Shown: piece after piece, positions 1 to 13,238 of the stretch
How the letters are laid out: each line of letters begins with the position of its first letter
How positions within the stretch are numbered: position 1 is the stretch's first letter
Assembly (NCBI RefSeq): GCF_001194135.2
Contig: NC_068981.1
Span: 177,068,561-177,132,560, forward strand
DNA from: Octopus bimaculoides
Taxonomy: Eukaryota
Length of the DNA: 64,000 nucleotides
Direction: 5' to 3'
The notes under the pieces: model-generated
The model's input: only the letters and a program-made list of their open reading frames with translations
What the model was told of the DNA's origin: nothing
Database searches by the model: none
Translations under genes and position numbers: made by a program

Positions 1-1586
1 ATCAATATTTCCCCTAATTAAGAAAGGATTGTAAGCAACTTAATCAATAGTGAGGAAGAATGCAGTTGAATTCCATCTCCTTTCTTTCCAGAAAAATGAG
101 AAAAAAATAAGGTTTCTTGTACATTTGCTACTTTTGCTTTCTTTGTATCATATTCTTTCTCTCACATGGAATTTCCTTGGACAAAGAGAAAGTAATAACA
201 TTAAATTGACAAAGATTTTCTATAGTCATAGAGGCTTAAGCAATTCTGAACTGAAAGTTAAATTTGATTAAGGAATGAAAAAACAGAAAAAAAAAAAGGG
301 ATTTATTTTTGTTTCTTTTCATTCCTAGCTTTTTTAAAAATATTTTTACTTGCTTTCTGACTTGATTGTATAGGAATATTCTAAAACTGAATTAAAATTA
401 CGCAAAGGGTAAATTCTTAGGTGATTAAAAGTGGCATGTAGCTTTGTTTGTGGAACTAGTTTTCATCATACTGCTAATGATAATAACTTAAAGTTGATAA
501 ACCCCCATCAAACTTGGAAAACTAGAATGAATCTATTAAGATGTGATTGATTTTTCTTAGTAGCATATCAAATTATCAGAATTGTATTGTAGTTGTGCAG
601 AGTACTGAAATACCATGTAGTTGACCAGAATGTCAAAAAGTTAAGCTGTTGTCTTCTTTATATATGTCAGCCAACTATCTGATAAATTAAGTGAACACTA
701 GGACACTATTTCTTTATATTATTGACAGAAAAACACATTAAAATTAAATCTGCATTCAGTGATGCTGGTTATTGAAAATTCAATTCAATATAGAAGATAC
801 TAGCTCTTTGTATAGTTAGTTGAATAAATTGCAATAATGATAATATGGAAAATGTTTTGAAAATATGAATCATTTCTATGAAACTGCAAATAATCACTTT
901 AATTTTAGGTAATACTTTAGCTGATTGTACATTATTAGATTTCAATATGATTATATTTATTAGAGTCAAGGTTTAATTGACTTGTTCCAAGATCAACAAA
1001 CAATCAACCACAACTATTTTAATGACGTTAAAGGATGAGAATAAAACAGAGGTAGTCAGAGTTAAAGGGGGAAAAAAGAGAGGATTTTTTAAAGTAAATT
1101 TTAGAATTAAGGGGAAAAAAACTACAAAGTTGCCATATTAAAGCCTTACTATTGAAAGAACACGGTAAGGGGAGTTATGTCAATTTCAAATTTAAATCTT
1201 CACATCCTTTTAGAATTTTCCATATTCTCTACTATGTGTGTACATGTTCACTGTGCATGCACACACACTTCATTGGTTTTAATGATGAGTATTCCAATTG
1301 TTTGATCAACTGGACTCAGTGAATTATAGTGCAAATGGCTAAGGATTCCACTGACTCTTAGACCCTTAACATAATCCTCAGATTCACCATGTTACTGTGT
1401 GAGAAGGCTGACCTTTTGATTTTCAGGCACAGTTCATTTGACAAGCTTCCACACAGTTTATGTCTACACCATTTTACTAACAAAACTTGAGCTGTCACAA
1501 GGCAATGATAGAGGATAATTGTCAAAGATGTCATATGACAGTTAAACTCAAGGCATCTAGATAGTGATGTAAATTTCTTTATCAAC

Positions 1587-1625
<39 letters not shown>

Positions 1626-4232
1626 TGTACTGTTTTTATACCAATGACCAGTTAAATGTCTTTTTGTTTCCATCTGTTTTTAAAATTCCAAGACTATTTG
1701 CTTTTAGTTAAAGAATGTTGATTGCTACATTCTAATATTTAAATTATAAAGGAAGTCGAATCTTAAGAGTCTGGAAATGATTGCATGTAAAGTATGTGGG
1801 TATTGCTTTAGGCTAACTAGTTAAAAATATCTTTAGGTTCAAATCCCATCAGTTTTGGCTTTGCCTTTTCTCACTGTTAGGTCAATAAAATAAGCACTAA
1901 GAATGAGATCAATTTGATTGTCTTTATTCCTTCCCTGCAATTTTTTTGATCTTATGCCAAAGTTAGGAATCAATATTTAACCTATAATATAGATGCTAAT
2001 GTTGAATTCAAATAACAAGTATAGATTGAAAGAATCTTATTTAAGAGCAATTCTTGTGATAATAGGGATATTTTTTTTAGATACATCTGAAATTCTTTGA
2101 AAAACCGATATTGATGTATTGCTGTATGAGAAACTTATCAACATTGATTCCAGTAGAAAGGATAATGAACTCACAGAGAAATAACCTTTTTAATGATTAT
2201 GCAACTTCTATGAAGACTAATTTATGAAACTGAACCTGGAAGCTTGTTTCTTTTCTTTTCTTTTTTTTTCCTATTGTTAACAGTATTTTATAGAATATTG
2301 TTCCTATATGAAATTATGGAAAATAGTAGAATGCTTCATATTGATTTCTTTTACATTTATTTCCTATTTATGAAACCATATGACATTTTTTCTATGAAAA
2401 TGTCATATTTATAATTAAAATATATTTTTATCAATTATAAATCATTTCAAGATTCAAATATGGTGTTTAAACTAGTTCACTAAAAATGCTATATACAGTA
2501 TGAACATTTTTGCAACTTCTTTCCATTGTGTTTTATACTTCTTTGAGAATATTATTCATTAATGCTCTCCTGGCAAGAGAGTTGCCAAGTAGCCTTGTTA
2601 TAACTTCCACTATCTGTTACAAAAGAAAAATTTTAAATTTCCAAAACATTTAAATTCTGGTAACAATAATTGAACTTCATAGCTTAATGTTTCTTTCTTA
2701 TTTTTATACTTTTCTTAACTCTTAAAGGGGAACATAACATAAAAGATCAGGTGGGTGGGGAATGGAAACACCAAACGAAATCTAATAGGTACAGGGTACT
2801 AATGTAGATAGTTTTGGGTTTCAAATCTATCACATTTACATCGCATTTATTCTAATCTGCTAATCTGCATCAATGGATTCTTCACATATCCTATTACTTT
2901 CATTTTGCTGTGTCTCTAAGATTCTGTCAATTTGCCTCCCCCCTTTCTTTTGATTTACAATTTCCTCATTGTGATAAACAATTCTATCCCATCAGTTCTC
3001 AAACTTTCCTCTTTACCAACAGATGTAGACACTGTTTTGAAGTTTTCTACTAACTTCGTTATTAGATGTTCAGTGGCAAGTGGGGGTCCATATCTTCAAG
3101 ACGGACATACTCCTCCCCTCTACTCGCCTCCAAGCATCCCTATCTGGTGATAAACATCTTTATTACTGTGTTTCTCTTGACTCTTATTAAATGCTATGTA
3201 AACTAATTTAAAGGCACACACACACACACACTCAAATACAAATTTTTGAGACCTTTCTTCCTTGGAATTTATCAATATTTATCAAGAAATTCATACTCCA
3301 GCAATATTTGATTTACAGTGTCCCTTTTAGTTAGTTTCTCTAACCTTTAACCCCTCTGCCATGCAATTTCTTTTATGCTTGGTAGAGGCAGTTCTTGCTT
3401 CCTATCAAAGCAATTAGAATAAATATTCTTCATGGTTCTCAATTCCATTTCCATTGCTTGATATCCAAATTGCTCTCCAGCCCACTTCTAAAAGATTTAT
3501 TTTTATTTTTTATTTTCCATGTCATGCATTTTCTTCTTAATAGCCACTTTTAAGTCTTGCTACTTTAATAGAAGTAAAGTTGTTGGCCATAGCTAGATAT
3601 TTTTTCATCCTTCAACTTCCACATGGCAATGAATGTTTTGGGCAGTGAGTTCATATTATTCTCTCTCTTTCCCACTCTCTCTTTCTCATCACACTCCCCC
3701 CTCTCTCACATTCACCTCAAAATATTTCTATCTTTTCCTATTTTATCCTTTCCACTTAGTTGACTTTAGGAGGCTAAAAACCCATCCTTGAGATGTCTGT
3801 TTTCATTTACCTAAGTTTACAGGTTCATGGGAATATATTATTGGCTTACTTTACCAAACAATATATAAAATACGTATTTATATAAACCAGCTTTCCCCAT
3901 TCTTTTTACTCTGAGGTACCTTTGAAATATATTCCATGTGTGAGGGACTCCTTAATTAAAAACTATTATATATCTTTATAAACCTTCTTTTCATGAAATT
4001 AAATTTCATAAGATGTTAAACAAATTGTAAAACTGTCTTTGGGAGGTTTGATGATTTAAAATCCAGCAAATGTCACAAAGAAGGTTTGAGAAATTTCATA
4101 TTAACCAGGACCTTGCTTAAGAATAAATTATCCAACAATTCCCTATTAAGGGATCATTTTCCTGTAGTCTCCTTACTACCTAAAGATGCCAAAATTTCCC
4201 TACTTTAGGGAATATACCATGCATTGTTTAGC

Positions 4233-4572
4233 TTTCACTTGTTTCAGTCATTGGATTGTGGCCATGCTGAGATAGCACTTTGAAGTGTTTTAGTCAAACG
4301 AATTGACCCCAGTATATTTTCTTCGTTTTAAGCCTGACACTTATTCAGTTGATCTCTTATGCTGAGCTAAGTTACAGGGATGAAAAGAAACCAACTCTGG
4401 TTGGTGGGGACAAACCCAAATGCAAAGGCACACACATATATATGTGTGTTTGTGTGTCAGGCTTCTTTCAGTTTCTTTCTACCAAATCCACTCACTAGGC
4501 TTTGGTCAGACCAGGGCTATAGAAGACAATTATCCCAGGTGTCATGAAGTGGGACTGAACTTGGAATCACAT
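4233..4572 (-). mobile_element. Degenerate tRNA-derived SINE, family A
   Basis: Homologous to 33113-33520 (cttgtttcagtcatt ... ggcttctttcagttt ... accaaatccactcac ... gggactgaac). Confidence 0.8.
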
Positions 4573-5018
4573 AATTAATATAGAATTAAACACAAAAGCA
4601 ACTCAAAAATGTATTTTCATATAATTACCTTATTTGTTATTTCCCATTGAGCCCTTATTACTCTTTCACCAGACCCTGGTTGAGAAACATTAATGTAAAT
4701 AAACACACTTGGTTTCTCTGAAGATTTTTTTTTTCTGTTTTTGTTTGTTGGTCTCACTCAAGGTAAAGAAACCACATGATCAATGACTGTAAGATTGTCA
4801 TTAGAATGTTCCTCAGTTCAGGAATAGCCTAGTCAGGCATGTGCATTGGGATTTGAACCCACAATTTTTATTTTAGTATTCTACAATTGCTCTTAAAAAA
4901 ATATGTACCTGTCAAGACATAAACTCATTACAATTTTGTTTTGCACCTCTACTTTTATCTATATTTTTATTTTAGAATTTTCTATTTTCAATATTTGTTT
5001 CTTTTTTCTTTCTTTCAG

Positions 5019-5160
5019 AATTCGCACAGAGAAGAATGGTGGAGCTTGGTGTCCAAAAAATATAATCACTAAGGATACATATGAATATTTACAAATTAAC
5101 TTAGGAGAATTATATGTCATTACAGATGTTGAAACTCAGGGCAGATTTGGAAATGGCAAA
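5019..5160 (+). CDS. DDR: DDR exon, discoidin domain N-part (GAWCP ... ETQGRFGNGK)
   Basis: Polypyrimidine tract + ttcag acceptor ending at 5018; gtaaga donor at 5161; discoidin motifs AWCP, YLQINL, VETQGR. Confidence 0.95.
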
Positions 5161-6339
5161 GTAAGAATTAGTTTTATTTGTCCACATTTTTTTTTTATTT
5201 GAAGCAAATGTTCATTATTATTATTCTATTTGAAAAATGAATTGCTAAACACAATCTTTTGAAAATCTAACGTAGTGTGATACAGGTTCAGATCTAGTAC
5301 AAGTAATTTCTCATTTTTGAAATTTTTGATTATTGAAAGAGTAATTGGTGAATTTTTTTAAATGTATGATAAAGGACTTGCTTAAAAGCATTGAAATCAT
5401 CATCGTCATCATCATCATTCTATGTTCATGTTCCTTGCTGGCAATGCTTGAATGGTTTGACTGGATCCAAGGACTGCATCGTGCTTCAATGTCTGCTTTG
5501 CTATGGTTTCTATGGCTGGATGCCCTTTTTAACGCCAACCACTTTACAGAATCATTCAAATATCAGACAAAAGGCTTTGAAGTACTTGTTCGAGCTCTTT
5601 ACATTTTGAGTTCAAATCCTCACATGATTAACTTTACCTTTCATCCTTCTGAGGTCAATAAAAGTACCACTCAGGTACTGGATTTGATTTAACCAATTAA
5701 TTCCTCCCTTCTGCCTTCGTTAGAAATTATTATTTGATGTGTTTTACCATGCTAGCATAGTAAAACAGACATGCAGTTATCAAGCACTCATCAGTCCTTC
5801 ATCATTTAACACACCCAGCAATAAAGAACATCAGTTCACCTTTATTATGTTTGTCATGTTTTTAGCTTGGCATTTTTATGGCAGGCTATCCTTCCCCTTG
5901 ATAAACACTTCAGAACCTGACCTGGACGTATTTTATTGTGCTACCAGCACAAGAGAGGATGTAGGTAGTGATACTAGAGAGTTTTCTTGACATTGTATCA
6001 ATGCTTTTATTCCGAATATCTCTTCTCCTTAGACAGGTTACTTGCACTGAGGCTTAATTTACTTAAACTTTCGTCACTCTAACAATTTTTTTTTTCAGAA
6101 TATCATATAGTAGGTATTTTGAACATGTTAGATTTTTAAGGTAATCTTAGAGCAAAGCCTAAAAAACATTGCTTAGTCATCACTTGCGAGTGAGTATGAC
6201 CTGGTAGTGTATGTCTTGCTTTCACTAATTGTTTCAGTGCTTATGTACTTGTGAGCAGAGGTAAACATCCTCTCACCCTTCCCAGCCTTGTCTCAGTGGA
6301 ATATCAATGATGTGACAGCAGGATAGAGGGATCTGCAAC

Positions 6340-6487
6340 AATAGTTAGCTGGTGCTCATTTTCAACTGAGTAAATTAAAGTGGTGTGAAATAATGAGACT
6401 TGCTCAAGGACGCAATGTGCTGCTCAGTCCAGAAATTGAACCCATGACTTTATAGTTGTGAGCCTGACTCCCTAGCCACACACCTTC
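6340..6487 (-). mobile_element. Degenerate tRNA-headed SINE 5' part (family C/E-like)
   Basis: Reverse strand reads gtcaggctcacaactataaagtcatgggttcaatt ... gtccttgagcaagtctc, similar to the head at 16672. Confidence 0.6.
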
Positions 6488-6616
6488 ATCATAAAAACAT
6501 AAGACTAAAAAAAGAATAACATCATGGTAACTTCTGTCTTTGTCATGTGATACAAAGTGTCATCTCAGTCTCTCTCTCTCAGTTGTGGCATTTCTCATTT
6601 ATTTCTCTTCTAATTC

Positions 6617-6695
<79 letters not shown>

Positions 6696-7326
6696 ATACA
6701 CACACACATAAATATATATAAACTATGTTAGTATACAGTTTACTGTTGGAGTCATCAGCTAGGTTCATCAACATCAGATGTTTTATCCCTTAACATAAAA
6801 CATCTTTAAAATGGTAGAACAGCAGAAGGTGATCAGCCACCCATCTACAACAGTTAGGTCTCCAGCTACTGTCATGTTTATTGCTGACTGGATATTCTTT
6901 TTGCTGCTGTTATATTATTGCTATCTTCCTTTCCCTTCCTTTCTGAAGCAGCCATTGTCTTCAAGGTTTGTGACTAATTCTTTCATCCTAGCTTTCTACT
7001 GGAAATCTTCTTGGAATCTAGTCTCCCATGAAATAGTTAACTTCAACATTACCAGCTTCTTGCTGCTGGACTATAGCAGGATATTTTATCTACATCGTTG
7101 GTTCTCAACTGGGGTCTGGGCTACATAACAAAATAGTAAATTGGGAATCCACAAATAGTATTTTAAGGGTCCCTGAAAATAATTTTGCTTTAGATCTATG
7201 TATTGGTATGTATTGCAAGAAACAGCTAAGTTTCTTTCTCTAACAATTCACATAGTTCAAACTACACAAATTAATGTGTGAAAAACAGAATAGGCATTTT
7301 GAAAGAAGTTTCTATAAAACTAATTT

Positions 7327-7554
7327 TTTCCCCTCCAGCATTCGGATTTCTTAGTCAAATGTATTGCTTATTTATTCACATTGATATGAATTAGTCATGC
7401 ATTACCTTGTAGCTTTGAGATTTCAGTGATGTGATTATTTATTTTTAGAATAATATTGTAAGGTAAGTGTGGGAGGCCAGATCTGGCTAGTTTCAAGATG
7501 AAACCGGTAGAATATTTTGGCCAGATATAGCTGGTTTAAATGCTAAAGGGTTAA
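7327..7554 (-). mobile_element. piggyBac-type MITE (TTAA-CCCT termini), nested in the hAT MITE
   Basis: Ends aatgctaaagggttaa; homologous to 35163-35387 and 45687-45901. Confidence 0.8.
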
Positions 7555-7605
7555 ATGTCAAATAGCTATGGTGGTTTACCAGAATAAAATAATAATCAAA
7601 GGGGT

Positions 7606-7805
7606 CATCATCATCATCGTTTAACGTCCGCTTTCCATGCTAGCATGGGTTGGACAATTTGACTGAGGACTGGTGAACCAGATGGTTACACCAGCCTCCA
7701 ATCTGATTTGGCAGAATTTCTACAGCTGGATGCCCTTCCTAATGCCAACCACTCTGAGAGTGTAGTGGGTCTTTTACGTGCCACCAGCACGAAGGCCAGT
7801 CAAGC
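7606..7805 (-). mobile_element. RTE LINE 3'-UTR/tail fragment with (GAT)n tail
   Basis: Near-identical to 12371-12580 (catcatcatcgtttaacgtccgctttccatgctagcatgggttggac ... ggatgcccttcctaa). Confidence 0.85.
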
Positions 7806-8197
7806 GAAACGGTTGAGAACCCCTGATCTGCATGTATTCCCTATTGTTACAAGCTTATGCTAAGGATGGAACTTCTCTACTGGTTTTTCACATCACAATA
7901 CTCTCTAATCTCATTTTCTTCAGTCTGAGTTATTCTTTTAGAACCTGGTCATGTTTCTCCATTTATACCACTTTTGAGTTCAAGAAAACTGAGATACATA
8001 AAGAATAGACTCTAGATTGGCTGGTTTCTGGCATATGTAACATTTTCAACCTCATACCATCATTCCCTTGATTCTTGGGTTTACTGTTATGAGGAGAATG
8101 TCAACCTTAACTGGAAATAAAACTAGAATGAAGTATATTTCCAAATTTCATTTCAAGATAGCTTACTCTGCCCTTATACCCCACTTGTGTGAGGGAT

Positions 8198-8201
<4 letters not shown>

Positions 8202-8263
<62 letters not shown>
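8202..8263. repeat. (CA)n microsatellite, representative of many (CA/TA/CT/GATA)n tracts (e.g. 6620-6710, 17785-17840, 18999-19081, 22460-22557, 29150-29474, 31600-31670, 35474-35516)
   Basis: Directly visible. Confidence 0.97.
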
Positions 8264-8269
<6 letters not shown>

Positions 8270-11061
8270 ATTCATGATCAAGTAACAAAGGCAGTTATAA
8301 TAAAGACAATTTGTTAAATATCAACATCAACAATAAATTGAAGAAAGCTACACTTGATATCAAAATATTAATAAAAATTTAGAAGGCATTATTGATCCAT
8401 AATAAGAGTTGAGAACCCAGTAAATATTTTTGCATAATATACAACACTTTTACTGTGGTGTTACTGTTAATATTGCATTACATTTTAAAAGCTAATTCTA
8501 CAAACTATTCTCTATTAAACTTCTCGAGTAGGTTTTACTAATTCATATTACTTAAAAAGAATATGTAAATTAAATAATAATCCATTAAATCAATCTAACC
8601 TTTCTTCCATGGAAACCACTTATATGAAAGGATAATGTTGTACATAAAATATCTTTATTAAATATTCATTAAGCTTACATTTTTTTCTTTTAAAATTATT
8701 GTTCATTCATTATTGGGTTTCATTACATTTAAATTGATAGCTGTTGCTATCAATGTGTCCTTCCTTTTTAAGTTGGTAGGTATGATTTGAAAGAGCTATG
8801 CCAACTATTTCTAGAAGGTCAGGTAAGAACACAAAGGCTGTCTTGTTGGCTTCTTATAGTATGGCATCATTAGAATAGGTGAATTTATTAGTCTGTTACT
8901 TCACTTATGATCAGATGTATAGTAAAGATAGTTGATTCAGGGAATGTTTAAAATCCTGTTATGCTATTTCATTTTTTTTTTTTGTATGTTAATGAAATCA
9001 AATACTGATATTTCACTAACCCATATTGTAAATCCACTCTAGATATTAGATAATTCAGAGATAATATATATATAGGTAGGGTTGAATTATTATGACTAGT
9101 TAAGTTTACAGCAATGTTTACACAAAGTATAAATAGTGGCAGTTTTATATATCAATTGAAACCTTGCCAGTAATCTTTTGTAACAATACTGCTACAGTGT
9201 GCTGTAGTGAAATATGGTAGATTTAGAAAAGTGGTTTGTTTCTTTCAACTAAATCAAGCACGAATTATTATGTTGGCAAGTTGTTTGCTTCACATAAAAC
9301 ATTTTGTATTTTTCTATTTAAAATTGAAAACAAACATGGTTTTACATGTTAAAAATGCTAATTTGGTGGTCTCTCTATATTTTGCCTAGTGATTTCTTGG
9401 ATTCACATCAATTTCTATTTGTGCCTAACATTATTATTGCTGTAACCATGGCTAAAAACCGGAATTGGTTAAAAAAAAAAGTGGTCTCTTGTGAATTTAT
9501 GCTTCAACCTTGATCTTTAATAATAGTGATTTTTTGTTTGTTTGTTAGCATTGCTTCCATGTTGCTATGTTATTTTAAATCTCTCTGCCCTCTACTCTCT
9601 CAGTCTGCTATTAGTCATCATCCATGAACTGGGAAATCTTTCTATATTGTACAAATAATTGGATTTTCCAACTTGTTTCCATTGATATTAACCAGTTGTC
9701 ACATAAACATTTTCTGATTAAAATCTTTCCTTCCATTAAATGGAAATGCCAGCAAAATATGAGATGGATGGTTGGTTAATTTTATTTTTGTTTTGTTTTA
9801 CAACTTCATTAATTGAATTAATTTTTCAAAAATATATGAAGTGGGGGGGGGAAACATTTTAGAAAAATCTATAGCTTTTCAATAGGAAATATTTTTTTTG
9901 TTAAATATTTTTATCCTACATATTTGTGTACAACTTTTGTTTTATTTTTATAATCATTGTAATATTTGTTTCTAATTTAATTATTTGAGCAATTAAAATA
10001 CAGAAAGAATGTGGATTATTCTAACAACCATTATTACTAGCAGCTTTTATTGATCCCTGCAATTTTTTGCAACTGACGTCAGAAAGGTAGAGGTCACTGG
10101 AATTCAATGCCCAGTTGATAAAAGTTGATGGCATTTATTTTATAAAAAAAAATAGTGAAATGTTTTTTGAATTTCTCATGTCTTCATAAGCTTGTTATAT
10201 ATCATTATAAATGTATGTATGAGTATGTTTGATTGCACATACTTGTGTATGTGTGAAATGTATACAAATATATTTTTGCGTCTGCACATGTGTTTTTGAG
10301 TGTAAGAAAGGCTAATTATCAACTATGGATGAAATTAACTGTGAGCATTGCTAACATCTAATTAATTTATCAAAATGATGACCCCCAAACCTCAATCTTT
10401 CAACAAATGTTAAAATTTTTTCATTTGCAGTTCTTTCTTTTTATAAATCAAAACAGCAAATACTAAGCCCTAGAAAATTCATTTGATATCTTAAGTTTAA
10501 AAATTAGGAGCAAATGATTTTATTTTCCTGATTGCATCCTCATTGCAGAAATGTTCACAATATACATTTTATTCTAAACATTCATTCTTAGGTAAGCACC
10601 AAACAGTTTACAATAGAACTGGTTATGTTCTGTATTTTGTTTCTAAAGGGATATGGTATATTCCACAGTATTCCGTATGTTGCAGAAGGGAAAATCAAAA
10701 GTGCTTTTCTCATAATAATTTCTTAACATTTTGACATTTGAGTCTGGGCAATGAAGCTTCTAGTTTTTACAAAGTCACCTGTGTCACTGTGTGACTTTTT
10801 TATATATGACAATCTTCTGATGCTGTAGAACACAGAATGTGTGCCATTGTAGAGGGGAAAAGAAAATTTCCTTTTTCTAAAGCTTTAATTTCACTTTTAA
10901 AATTCTCTGAATCTTGAAACAATATGCAAAAACTAATTGAATGCTGAATTTCAATATTTTATGTTTGTCAAAAAGATAACAGAAAGTAATCTCATTCTTT
11001 CAGGGACAGCACCTTATGGGACAGCACCTTATGGGACAGTATAGTGTTGTGGAGGGAAAAA

Positions 11062-12212
11062 TGTGTCCACTTCAATAACTTATTATAAATTAAACATTTA
11101 TACTGCAAGTGTATCAACAATATACTTTAATTTCCAAATTTGTTTCAACTGTGTAAAGTTTTCATCAATTTCCATAAAGTTTGGAGCATTTGGCTTTAAA
11201 ATGGGAATCTAAAAAATGAATATACACAGATGAGCATCAATTAAAATGAAAATATTATAAATAATTATTTAAGAACACTCAATCTAAACTTTTTGTGCGC
11301 AGGAAGGAGTTATTATACTGACAAAACACATGTATCACATATTCTAGCTCCTTTTCAGTTTTGTCAAACTTACTCTAAAAAATGCATAGTTATTAAATAT
11401 AAAAATTATGAATAATTATATATAATAAATATATAATTGTATACAAAGTCTGACTGTTTACAAAAATCACTCATCGTCAAATTGCAAATCAAAGGGATAC
11501 AAATTTCGTCTTTTAAGCTAGAATATCTAAAAATATCCTTAAGAAACACACTCAGGACAAAGGTCTGTTCGAAAACAAGGAGACACCTGCATTTACAGTG
11601 GCTTTTTGTTTGAAGAGCAAATGCTTTCTTGATGTTTTCCAGCTCAACAACTGTAAAGAGCCCAGTGCCAACCAACTGGATAGGACCATTGAACACATTA
11701 TTTGTATGACAAGTGTCAATATCATCCCTTCTGGGCCAGTTAAATGTGTTGATACCAGCAACAACAGATCTATGAAGAAACTTGAACTTAATCATACAAC
11801 CAAAGACATGTTCTAGGGCCCTGCCAATGTAGAACTGGCAAAGATAGTTGACAGCATAGTACTGCTCCACATGCACTGTGATACTGTTGGGAGAACCAGG
11901 CTCTGCATTTTCCTCTAGAAGACCTTTTTTGGCCCTTCTGATTACTTTTCCAAAGTTTTGGGGTCTCTTGAATGCCTCGTTGTGCATCTCTTCTTCTTTG
12001 TTTCTTGCTGCTTGTTTTTTCTTTTCAACTTGGACTCTTCTTTCATTCTTTCTCTCTCAGTGCTTCTCTCTCTCTCAGACATGGTTGATTTTTTTCTCTG
12101 CATATTTCCTTCTCTTCCTTTCTCTGTTTTTTTTCTTATGCTCTTCAAGTTTGAGAGGATCACTTCTTATTTTCTTCCTGAACTTCTTACTTCTTTCTGT
12201 ACTAGAAGCCAT
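11062..12212 (-). mobile_element. DNA-transposon-derived decayed ORF (Sola2-like N- and C-terminal parts, no catalytic core seen)
   Basis: Frame from ATG 12212 to stop 11406 with two internal TGA. Charged N-terminus MASSTERSKKFRKK..., motif AFKRPQNFGKVIRRAKKGL, then YAVNY...YIGR...FNWPRRDDI...GPIQL. The family assignment is recalled similarity; no TIR pair confirmed. Confidence 0.5.
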
Positions 12213-12370
12213 TGTTTAAACCAGAGTACTGACAAACTGTTCCCTTGAAGGAGTCCATGTCCCAGTGCTTTTAACCAATTAGTTTTTTTCTATTTTTCTC
12301 TAACTGCAACGGCCAAAATTAGACATGAAAATTATGATAATTTATGCATAAGCAACAGTAGGCTGAGAAT

Positions 12371-13238
12371 CATCATCATCATCATCATCGTTTAACGTCC
12401 GCTTTCCATGCTAGCATGGGTTGGACGATTTGACTGAGGACTGGTGAAACCGGATGGCAACACCAGGCTCCAGTCTGATTTGGCAGAGTTTCTACAGCTG
12501 GATGCCCTTCCTAACGCCAACCACTCAGAGAGTGTAGTGGGTGCTTTTACGTGTCACCCGCACGAAAACGGCCACGCTCGAAATGGTGTCTTTTATGTGC
12601 CACCCGCACAAGCCAGTCCAGGGGCACTGGCAACGATCTCGCTCGAAAATCCTACAGGAGCCAGTCAGGCGGTACTGGCAACGGCCACNNNNNNNNNNNN
12701 NNNNNNNNNNNNNNNNNNNNNNNNNNNNNNNNNNNNNNNNNNNNNNNNNNNNNNNNNNNNNNNNNNNNNNNNNNNNNNNNNNNNNNNNNNNNNNNNNNNN
12801 NNNNNNNNNNNNNNNNNNNNNNNNNNNNNNNNNNNNNNNNNNNNNNNNNNNNNNNNNNNNNNNNNNNNNNNNNNNNNNNNNNNNNNNNNNNNNNNNNNNN
12901 NNNNNNNNNNNNNNNNNNNNNNNNNNNNNNNGTCATCGCCTCGGTGAGGCCCAATGTACGAAGGTCTTGCCTCACCACCTCAGCCCAGGTCTTCCTGGGC
13001 CTACCTCTTCCACGGGTTCCCTCAACTGTTAGGGTGTGGCACTTTTTCACGCAGCTATCCTCCTCCATTCTCACCACATGTCCATACCAGCGCAATCGTC
13101 TCTCTTGCACGCCACAACTGATGCTTCTAATGTTCAGCTTTTCTCTCAAGATACTTACACTCTGACGGGTATTCACATTGACATTACACATCCAACGGAG
13201 CATACTGGCTTCATTCCTTGCGAGCTTACGTATGTCCA
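12371..13238 (-). mobile_element. 5'-truncated RTE-clade LINE (ORF C-terminus + 3'UTR + (GAT)n tail), interrupted by an N gap
   Basis: Translation RKLARNEASMLRWMC...ERRLRWYGHVVRM...GRGRPRKTW is a typical RTE C-terminus; CpGs retained, so relatively young. Confidence 0.92.

Larger units (their letters stand above)
7096..7825. mobile_element. hAT-type MITE with 8-bp TSD, carrying two nested insertions
   Basis: TIRs cgttggttctcaac / gttgagaacccctg; flanks atctacat (7088-7095) and atctgcat (7826-7833); body homologous to 43087-43369. Confidence 0.85.

Noticed and set aside
1-5018. Upstream DDR exon (C..PLGM...I.D..ITASS)
   Set aside because: No matching frame with splice sites found; presumably outside the window.
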